DNA of 64,000 nucleotides from Lachnospirales bacterium (lineage in GTDB: Bacteria > Bacillota > Clostridia > Lachnospirales > CAMZNU01): NCBI GenBank assembly GCA_047973385.1, contig JBKEBX010000021.1, positions 3,158 through 67,157 of the forward strand, written 5' to 3'. Positions 1 to 6,841 of this stretch are shown here, in pieces; position 1 is the stretch's first letter, and each line of letters opens with the position of its first letter. Below the pieces are notes generated by a model. It did not search any database, was not told the DNA's origin, and saw only the letters and a program-made list of their open reading frames with translations. The position numbers were made by a program, and so were the translations under genes.

Positions 1-112
1 CACAAATTTCTCTTATGCTTGGCGAAATTTCATTTTTCTCAATATATGTTACTAAAAAGTCGTATACCTTTTGTTGTGCCGTCGTTAAAGGGCCTCTAGT
101 ATCGTTACTCAT
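1..112 (-). CDS. lexA: LexA repressor, N-terminal part (runs off the window edge)
   Basis: Manual translation MSNDTRGPLTTAQQKVYDFLVTYIEKNEISPSIREIC matches the LexA winged-helix start (LT.KQ..I..FI...I...G.PPSVREI). RBS GAGGTG lies upstream. Not in the ORF track. Confidence 0.8.
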   Translation of the reverse strand, partial: MSNDTRGPLTTAQQKVYDFLVTYIEKNEISPSIREIC

Positions 113-129
113 ATTATCACCTCATATAT

Positions 130-158
130 ATTATAATACATTTGTTCGCCTTTGTCAA
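130..158 (-). promoter_or_regulatory. Sigma-A promoter of lexA with an SOS-box-like site in the spacer
   Basis: TTGACA-N17-TATAAT on the minus strand. CGAACAAATGTATT (135-148) between the boxes resembles the Firmicutes LexA box GAAC-N4-GTTC/T, with one perfect half-site. Confidence 0.7.
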
Positions 159-221
159 TGAATTTTTCGAAAATTCATCAAAAAAATAATTTTAACCAAA
201 AATCAAGATGACCTATACTGC

Positions 222-304
222 AAGTGGGAGCTTGAACCCCCCACTTTTGTTAGATTAGCCTTTCTCGCCGCCTACGCTACACTTAGAGGCGGTGGTCTAA
301 TCTA
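222..304. repeat. Pair of adjacent GC-rich palindromes (REP-like or IS200/IS605-end-like)
   Basis: AAGTGGG(222-228)..CCCACTT(240-246), and TAGATTAG..GCCGCCT..AGGCGGT..CTAATCTA (251-304). Confidence 0.5.
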
Positions 305-313
305 TTCGATAAA

Positions 314-325
314 CAACATATGTTT
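314..325. promoter_or_regulatory. Possible second LexA box
   Basis: CAAC-ATAT-GTTT, one mismatch to GAAC-N4-GTTT, inside a near-palindrome in the lexA/lgt divergent region. Confidence 0.35.
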
Positions 326-379
326 GTTTATCATCAATGAATATGATTTCGCCAAAGTGTTAAAAATAATCTTATTATA

Positions 380-408
380 TTGAAAATAAACCTATGCTAT
401 GTTATTAT
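380..408 (+). promoter_or_regulatory. Sigma-A promoter for the lgt operon
   Basis: TTGAAA-N17-TATTAT with TG extended -10. Confidence 0.5.
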
Positions 409-486
409 TATGTAAGGGCTTATGATATTCGTTCTCGCATGTAATAATTGCCCATATTTATTATAACTCGAAAGGAATTTTATAAA

Positions 487-1353
487 ATGCAAGATTTTCC
501 AACAATTTGGTTTCCACACCTGAACCTAGAATTTTTCAACATAGATGGCGTAGCTTTTAGTATTGGCGGATTTGATGCTATGTGGTACGGTGTACTTATT
601 GCTATCGGAATGCTCACAGGTTATGCTTTGGCACTTTGGAATGCTGAACGTACTGGTTTCGATAAAACTCTTATAGACGATTTTTTGCCCTTTGCAATAA
701 TCTTTGGGATTTTAGGTGCAAGACTTTACTACGTCATTTTTTCTTGGGATTATTATAAAGATAATTTATCTTCAATTTTAAATCTCAGACAAGGTGGTCT
801 CGCAATATACGGAGGTATAATTGCAGCTGTATTATACGGAATATATTTCTGTCATAAAAGAAAAGTGAGTTTTTTTTCTTTAGCTGATATAAGTATGCCA
901 TCTTTACTTTTAGGTCAAGCTATTGGTAGATATGGTAACTTTATAAATCGTGAAGTATATGGAAACTATACAGATAATATATTTGCTATGCGTATACTTC
1001 TTGAAGATGCTGCTATAACAAGCGAGGAAATTATGAACAACCTTGTAACTTATATGGATCAAGTGTACATACAAGTACATCCTACTTTCTTTTATGAATC
1101 TTCCATAAATTTTTGTATTGCAATTGCACTTTTGATATATACTAAACGTAAAAGGTTTGACGGTGAAATATTTTTACTAGGTATGATGGGATATGGTTTT
1201 ATACGTTTTATAATTGAAGGTATACGTGTTGACCGATTATTAATTGGAAATACTCCAATTGCCATTTCACAGCTTCTAGGTATTTCTATTGCCATTGTTT
1301 CATTGATACTAATCTTTATTTTAAACAAAAAATCTAAAAATCAGGTAGGTTAA
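487..1353 (+). CDS. lgt: Prolipoprotein diacylglyceryl transferase
   Basis: WYG, GARLYY, GGLAIYGG, QAIGRYGNFIN.E.YG and HPTFFYES motifs. ATG at 487 preferred over the track start at 448. Confidence 0.95.
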   Translation: MQDFPTIWFPHLNLEFFNIDGVAFSIGGFDAMWYGVLIAIGMLTGYALALWNAERTGFDKTLIDDFLPFAIIFGILGARLYYVIFSWDYYKDNLSSILNLRQGGLAIYGGIIAAVLYGIYFCHKRKVSFFSLADISMPSLLLGQAIGRYGNFINREVYGNYTDNIFAMRILLEDAAITSEEIMNNLVTYMDQVYIQVHPTFFYESSINFCIAIALLIYTKRKRFDGEIFLLGMMGYGFIRFIIEGIRVDRLLIGNTPIAISQLLGISIAIVSLILIFILNKKSKNQVG

Positions 1354-1355
1354 TA

Positions 1356-2591
1356 ATGATAAAAACAAAAACATTTAATAACAATGTACGTTTAGTTTAT
1401 GAAAATATTCCAAGTGTTCGCACTGTATCCATTGGAATCTGGATAAATAATGGCTCTATACATGAACAAGTTAATGAAAATGGTATATCCCATTTTATAG
1501 AACACATGCTTTTCAAAGGCACATATAAACGTACTCAAAAGGAAATAGCCGAAGCAATCGATAATATCGGTGGCGTTCAAAACGCTTTCACATCAAAAGA
1601 ATTCACTTGTTACTATATACGCGCTTTAGATACACACTTAGAATTATCCCTTGATGTTTTATGTGATATGTTTTTCAATTCTAAATTCGACGAAAATGAC
1701 ATAGGAAAAGAACGAAATGTGATAAACGAAGAAATAAAAATGTATGAAGATTTGCCTGATGATTTAGTTATTGAGCAATTTAACTCAAATGTTTATAAAG
1801 GACATAGTTACTCTTTGCCTATTTTAGGCACAAAGGATAGCCTCGCAACCTTTAATCACAAAACTTTTAAAAACTATTTAAACAAACGTTATTGTTGTGA
1901 AAATGTAGTTGTATCAATAGCTGGTAACTTCGATGAAAACAAAACTCTTGACCTTGTCGAAAAGTATATTGGAACTGAAAAATTTGGTAGTTATGATAAT
2001 TTAAAAATCGAAAAACCAATATATAAACAACAAATTATAAAAACTCCTAAAAATATTGAACAGGCTCACCTTTTAATCGGTTATGAGGGCTTAAACTATT
2101 ACAATGATAATGTTATTGACCTTAGCATATTCTCTTCTATTTTTGGTGGAAGTTCATCATCTATATTAAATCAAATTGTACGAGAAAAATACGGATATGC
2201 ATACACAATATACTCATCATCAAGTTCCTCCTCAACTCATGGTTTATTTTCTGTTTATGCTGGACTTAGTAAAGAAAACATTAACCATGTTATCGAAATA
2301 GTTGACAAGGAATTTAAGGAACATACAAAGAATATCATAACAGAAGAACGATTAAATAACGCCAAAGAACAGTTTAAAAGTCAATTGCTTATGTCCCTTG
2401 AAAATACAAGTAACTGTATGACGAGAAATGGCAAAAATCTCATTGCTAAAGACAAGGTTTTAACAGTAGATGAAACACTTGAAAAAATAAATAATGTGAC
2501 TTTAAATTCTTTACATGATACAGTAAATAAAATCTATGTATCAAAACCATCTATCTCTTTAGTTGGTGATATTGATGATATTATAATATAG
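1356..2591 (+). CDS. M16 family zinc peptidase (MlpA/YmxG-like)
   Basis: Inverted zinc motif HFIEH, NAFTSKEFT, two-domain pitrilysin-like layout. Confidence 0.9.
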   Translation: MIKTKTFNNNVRLVYENIPSVRTVSIGIWINNGSIHEQVNENGISHFIEHMLFKGTYKRTQKEIAEAIDNIGGVQNAFTSKEFTCYYIRALDTHLELSLDVLCDMFFNSKFDENDIGKERNVINEEIKMYEDLPDDLVIEQFNSNVYKGHSYSLPILGTKDSLATFNHKTFKNYLNKRYCCENVVVSIAGNFDENKTLDLVEKYIGTEKFGSYDNLKIEKPIYKQQIIKTPKNIEQAHLLIGYEGLNYYNDNVIDLSIFSSIFGGSSSSILNQIVREKYGYAYTIYSSSSSSSTHGLFSVYAGLSKENINHVIEIVDKEFKEHTKNIITEERLNNAKEQFKSQLLMSLENTSNCMTRNGKNLIAKDKVLTVDETLEKINNVTLNSLHDTVNKIYVSKPSISLVGDIDDIII

Positions 2592-2604
2592 AAAGAGGAC
2601 TTTT

Positions 2605-3051
2605 ATGAATACAAATATTACTATTGAAAGAATAAAATCTGCTAAAGATTTACCTATGCCAACTTACCAAACTGATGGAAGTAGCGGCATGGATTTACAC
2701 GCAAATGTACAAGAAGATTTCACTTTAAATCCAGGTGAAATACAAAAAATTTCTGTAGGCATAAAGCTTAAACTTCCTGTTGGCTATGAAGCACAAGTTC
2801 GCCCACGTAGTAGCCTAGGTGCAAAATATGGAATCACTCTTGCTAATAGTGTTGGAACAATTGATTCAGATTATAGAGGGGAAATATTTGTTCCCCTTAT
2901 AAATCTTGGTAAAGAACCTTTTATTGTTAAACGTGGTGAACGTGTGGCTCAAATGATTATTGCAACATATACAAAAGCTAACATTATTGAAGATATAGTA
3001 GAAAATGACACAGACAGGGGTGCTGGTGGCTTTGGCTCAACAGGTAAATAA
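2605..3051 (+). CDS. dut: dUTP diphosphatase (trimeric)
   Basis: SGMDL, RPRSSL, GTIDSDYRGEI, RVAQMI, RGAGGFGSTG motifs. Confidence 0.97.
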   Translation: MNTNITIERIKSAKDLPMPTYQTDGSSGMDLHANVQEDFTLNPGEIQKISVGIKLKLPVGYEAQVRPRSSLGAKYGITLANSVGTIDSDYRGEIFVPLINLGKEPFIVKRGERVAQMIIATYTKANIIEDIVENDTDRGAGGFGSTGK

Positions 3052-3481
3052 TATTTATCCACTTAAAAATTTTAACAATATTAAAGATAATATACAAATC
3101 TCTAAAGTTGTGCAGTATTTTGAAAATTGTGGGTATTCTGTACCAAAAACAACTATACAAAATTATTCTCGAACAAAAACTATCTCAGAACTTTTCCAAA
3201 AAAGATATTACAGTAAACAAAATATTTTAGAAATCTACTTTACCATTAACTTTAAAGACTTTTTTACTCTTGATGAAATAAAAAAGATAAATGAACATAT
3301 TTTTGAGATGCCCTATACTTCTCAAGAAATCTATAATATTTTTATCGATATTTATACAAACTTTAATATAATATCCTATGATGAAGATATTGTTAACGAA
3401 AACTTAGATTTTTTCTATAATTTAGTTAGTATGTATTTATCTAAGAAAAAAACTTTAGTTTCTTTGAATAATAAAAATTAA
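3005..3481 (+). CDS. DUF1836-like putative DNA-binding protein (start uncertain)
   Basis: PKTTIQNYSRTK..KRYYSKQNILEIY....KDFFTLDEIK resembles DUF1836 (TKTMINNYVK..KKYS...LK..LSI.DIK). The only upstream ATG overlaps dut by 47 nt. Confidence 0.5.
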   Translation: MTQTGVLVALAQQVNNIYPLKNFNNIKDNIQISKVVQYFENCGYSVPKTTIQNYSRTKTISELFQKRYYSKQNILEIYFTINFKDFFTLDEIKKINEHIFEMPYTSQEIYNIFIDIYTNFNIISYDEDIVNENLDFFYNLVSMYLSKKKTLVSLNNKN

Positions 3482-3525
3482 AAAGTACATAATATATACA
3501 TATCATCGAAAAGGAGATATGTTTT

Positions 3526-3744
3526 ATGAGAATGAGAACTTTTGATTATATTTTTTTAACAATTTTAATTTTAGGTGGAGTTAATCTTGGTCTTATTGGA
3601 CTTTTTGACTTCAACTTAATAGCTTCTCTTTTAGGGGCTAATTCTTGGATATCAAGACTTTTATATGTACTTGTTGGTATATCAGCCTTATATTCATTAG
3701 TATTTTATTCATACTTTGAAAGAGGTAAGGAATATAGATATTAG
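3526..3744 (+). CDS. DUF378 (YuzA-like) small membrane protein
   Basis: LILGGVNLGLIGLFDFNLIASLLG..ISRLLYVLVGISALY pattern. RBS AAGGAG. Confidence 0.9.
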   Translation: MRMRTFDYIFLTILILGGVNLGLIGLFDFNLIASLLGANSWISRLLYVLVGISALYSLVFYSYFERGKEYRY

Positions 3745-3780
3745 TTTAAACATTTGTAATATTGCTAAAAACTCAATAAT

Positions 3781-3819
3781 AAAAAAAGACAAAACTTACA
3801 ATTACTTTTGTCTTTTTTT
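3781..3819. terminator. Bidirectional intrinsic terminator
   Basis: A7-GACAAAA...TTTTGTC-T7 between convergent genes. Confidence 0.8.
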
Positions 3820-3871
3820 ATATAAAATTATTTATATATTTTAAACGTAAAACTATATAAATAGGATAATA

Positions 3872-4591
3872 CTATCTTGCGATTAAATTATTGATAGATT
3901 GCTCAAAGCGTTCTTTCCCAGCTATACCAACTAATACATCAGCAGCCACACCTTCTTCATCAACAAAAACTGCCGCTGGATATCCTGGAACTGCATATAA
4001 AGATGCAACTTCATTATCATAGTCTATTAAGATTGTATCGAAACTTAACCCTCTTTCTGACATATAATCAGAGATTTCTTGAGGCTTTGCTTCGTTACCG
4101 TCATCTTCAGTAATAAGTACAAATTCAACATTTGAATACTCATTTTCAAGTTCCATCATATATTGCATAGTAGCTTCACAATGTTCACTCCAAGTTGCCC
4201 AGAAATATAAAACTATATTTTGTCCACGATGGTCATATAGTCTATATGGATTACCATATATATCGCCTAAAACAAAACCACTAAGTACATACTGAGCATC
4301 ATCACTAGATAAAGATGTATTTGATTCTACAACATTGTTAATATTAATGTTTGAACCTGATTCATCGTTACCACCTGCATATTGTTCCCATGTATCAGTA
4401 CCATTATTACTTGAACTTGTAACATCTCCATCAGTTGAATCGGTACCACTATCAGTAGTTCTGTCAACAACAGGTCTACTAACCGTTCCTTGATTATTAC
4501 TATTATTTTGTTGATTCCTAATAAACAAAATACCTACAATTACAACAATTATTGCCGCCAAAACGAATATTAATTTTTTTTCATTACCCAT
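3872..4591 (-). CDS. Membrane-anchored TlpA/redoxin-family thioredoxin-fold protein with SxxC motif
   Basis: N-terminal TM helix, low-complexity linker, then LYFWATWSEHC and YAVPGYPAAVFVD (cis-Pro) thioredoxin motifs. Confidence 0.8.
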   Translation of the reverse strand: MGNEKKLIFVLAAIIVVIVGILFIRNQQNNSNNQGTVSRPVVDRTTDSGTDSTDGDVTSSSNNGTDTWEQYAGGNDESGSNININNVVESNTSLSSDDAQYVLSGFVLGDIYGNPYRLYDHRGQNIVLYFWATWSEHCEATMQYMMELENEYSNVEFVLITEDDGNEAKPQEISDYMSERGLSFDTILIDYDNEVASLYAVPGYPAAVFVDEEGVAADVLVGIAGKERFEQSINNLIAR

Positions 4592-4651
4592 TTTTTAACG
4601 CACCTACCTCTTTACATTTTTTTGTTTTTCATTTGTTTTTATATTTTTATA

Positions 4652-4916
4652 TTTAGTATATTATATCATAAAGTAATTTCTATAAGAAATTACAATATTC
4701 TTAAGTCGTAGCCTTGTTTACGAGGCTAGGGCTTTAGTATATTATATCATAAAGTAATTTCCACAGGAAATTACAATGAACTTAACGAAAAGATTTATAT
4801 TAAAATCTTCGAGTTTTAGTTTATTATACCATAAAGTAATTTACACAGGAAACTACAATATGCTTAAGTCGTAGCTGTATTTATGTAGCTACACATTTAG
4901 TTTATTATACCATAAG
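4652..4916. repeat. Modular 81-82 bp repeat array, locus 1 (3 full 53 bp repeats + 1 partial; 28/29/28 bp hairpin spacers)
   Basis: Repeats at 4652-4704, 4733-4785, 4815-4867 and partial 4896-4916. Spacers at 4705-4732, 4786-4814, 4868-4895. Confidence 0.9.
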
Positions 4917-4967
4917 TATTTGGTGTAATTCAAGAGCAAATTGAAGTTTATTACTTTTTTCTTACAG

Positions 4968-5870
4968 TTACATCTTTTTACTATCGTATCCAAAACTTCT
5001 AAGCAAAAATTCGTTATCTCTCCAATCTTTTTTAACCTTAACCCAAGTTTTAAGATTAACCGACGAACCAAGTAATCTTTCAATATCTTCTCTCGAACGT
5101 CTGCCAATTTCTTTTAACTTTGTTCCGGATTTACCTATAATTATTCCCTTATGGTTTTCTCTTTCACAATAAATTGTAGCTTCTATATCTACTAAATCCC
5201 TATTGTCTCTTTTTTTCATAGACATAACTTCAACGGCAATTCCGTGGGGAACTTCTGCATTTAAAAGTCTAAGAGCCTTTTCTCTTACTATTTCAGCAAC
5301 AATTTGTTTTTCTGGCTGGTCTGTAATAGTATCTTCTGGAAAATACATAGGCCCAACAGGTAAATTATTTTTAATTGACGCTGTTAAAACTTCTGTATTC
5401 GTTCCATTTTTTGCAGAAATAGGTATAATTTCAGCAAAATCATATAACTTACTATATGCATCTATAACTTCTAAAACTTTTTCCTTTGGAAACTCATCAA
5501 TTTTGTTAATTATAAGGAAAACCTTACTTTTAACGTTTTTGATTTTAGAAATTATATTTAAATCATTATCATTTACTTTTTCGTATGGCTCAACTAAATA
5601 TAAAACTAAATCAACTTCATTTAATGTAGTTTCTGATGATTTCATCATATAACTACCAAGTTTTGTATTCGGTGAGTGCATACCTGGTGTATCTATAAAA
5701 ACGGCTTGAAAGTCATCTCTTGTAAGCACTGTTGTTATTTTATTTCGTGTTGTTTGAGGTTTGTTACTAATAATTGCAATTTTTTCGCCTATTAGATGAT
5801 TCATAAGAGTTGATTTACCTACATTTGGTCTACCTACAATTGAAACAAAACCTGATTTAAATTCGCTCAT
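4968..5870 (-). CDS. era: GTPase Era
   Basis: GRPNVGKST, DTPG, NKID and KH-domain GIIIGKSG motifs. Confidence 0.98.
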   Translation of the reverse strand: MSEFKSGFVSIVGRPNVGKSTLMNHLIGEKIAIISNKPQTTRNKITTVLTRDDFQAVFIDTPGMHSPNTKLGSYMMKSSETTLNEVDLVLYLVEPYEKVNDNDLNIISKIKNVKSKVFLIINKIDEFPKEKVLEVIDAYSKLYDFAEIIPISAKNGTNTEVLTASIKNNLPVGPMYFPEDTITDQPEKQIVAEIVREKALRLLNAEVPHGIAVEVMSMKKRDNRDLVDIEATIYCERENHKGIIIGKSGTKLKEIGRRSREDIERLLGSSVNLKTWVKVKKDWRDNEFLLRSFGYDSKKM

Positions 5871-5886
5871 TCTTTTCTCCTTATAT

Positions 5887-6279
5887 TTAAAAACTGTCTA
5901 CTTTAAAGCCAATAGGCAAAATTTCTTTAACCTTATAAACTTTGATTTCTCCTTTATTATTGCCAAGTAAAATCTCACATTCTTCATCAAAAAACTCAAA
6001 TATAACTTGTCTACAAATTCCGCATGGTGATGTAAAATCACCAGAGCTTGACATAACTGCTATTTTTGTAAAATTCTTATATCCTTCAGATATAGCCTTA
6101 AAAATAGCCGTACGTTCAGCACAGTTTGTTGCACCAAGACTTGAGTTTTCAATGTTACAACCTGTATAAACCTTACCTTCAGCTGTTAAAACTGCAGCAC
6201 CAACATTGAAGTGTGAAAAAGGTACATATGCATATTCTTTAGCCTTATCAGCCATTTCAATAAGTTTTTTATTATCCAT
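5887..6279 (-). CDS. cdd: Cytidine deaminase (homotetrameric type)
   Basis: GCNIEN, CAERTA and PCGICRQ zinc motifs; located next to era. Confidence 0.96.
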   Translation of the reverse strand: MDNKKLIEMADKAKEYAYVPFSHFNVGAAVLTAEGKVYTGCNIENSSLGATNCAERTAIFKAISEGYKNFTKIAVMSSSGDFTSPCGICRQVIFEFFDEECEILLGNNKGEIKVYKVKEILPIGFKVDSF

Positions 6280-6300
6280 AACTATTTCCCCTCTCTTTAA

Positions 6301-6364
6301 TCAGTCAAATGATATTTGGCTTAAAGTTGGGGCTCAAAACCCACTTTCGCTAAAATCCGACTGA
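6301..6364. repeat. Nested palindrome between ybeY and cdd
   Basis: Outer TCAGTC..GACTGA; inner AAAGTTGGG-GCTCAAAA-CCCACTTT, similar to the 222-246 hairpin. Confidence 0.45.
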
Positions 6365-6368
6365 TAAA

Positions 6369-6839
6369 TTATCTTCTTATATCTAAAGATTCTAAAATTT
6401 TCTTTTGTTTTCGTAGCATAACTTCTTCATCATTTTCATTCATATGGTCATAGCCTAAAAGATGCAGCATAGAATGTGCCGTTAAAAAAGCAATTTCACG
6501 TTTAACACTATGTCCGTACTCTTTAGCTTGTTTAAAAGCCTTATCAAGAGATATTACAATATCTCCAAGTGCTATAATCTCATCACTATCAATCTCAAGA
6601 GGCAACTCGCTATATAAAGGAAAAGATAGTACATCTGTAACACTGTCCTTTTGTCTATACTTTTTATTAAGTTCTCTTATCTCTTCGTTATCTACAACTG
6701 AAACAGATACCTCTACATTTGAAGTAAATTTTTCAAAAATCACTGTACCAAAAACTACATCTTTAATTAAATCCTCAATATTAAATCCAAGTTCATTTAT
6801 TCTTTTATCTTCCGTATCAAAGTTAAATAAAACTTCCAT
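6369..6839 (-). CDS. ybeY: rRNA maturation endoribonuclease YbeY
   Basis: TDVLSFP, LGDIVIS and HSMLHLLGYDH (H3xH5xH). Confidence 0.97.
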   Translation of the reverse strand: MEVLFNFDTEDKRINELGFNIEDLIKDVVFGTVIFEKFTSNVEVSVSVVDNEEIRELNKKYRQKDSVTDVLSFPLYSELPLEIDSDEIIALGDIVISLDKAFKQAKEYGHSVKREIAFLTAHSMLHLLGYDHMNENDEEVMLRKQKKILESLDIRR

Positions 6840-6841
6840 AA

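Noticed and set aside
4652-4916. Calling the 53+28 bp arrays CRISPR
   Set aside because: The repeat is long and variable, spacers are self-complementary and recur between loci, arrays have only 1-3 units, and no cas genes are in the window.
4889-5107. 72 aa ORF overlapping the era 3' end and the array
   Set aside because: Alternative frame of era with no RBS or recognisable family.
5887-5920. B. subtilis-type cdd -1 frameshift
   Set aside because: The CGA AAG shift site is absent from the 3' end of this cdd.
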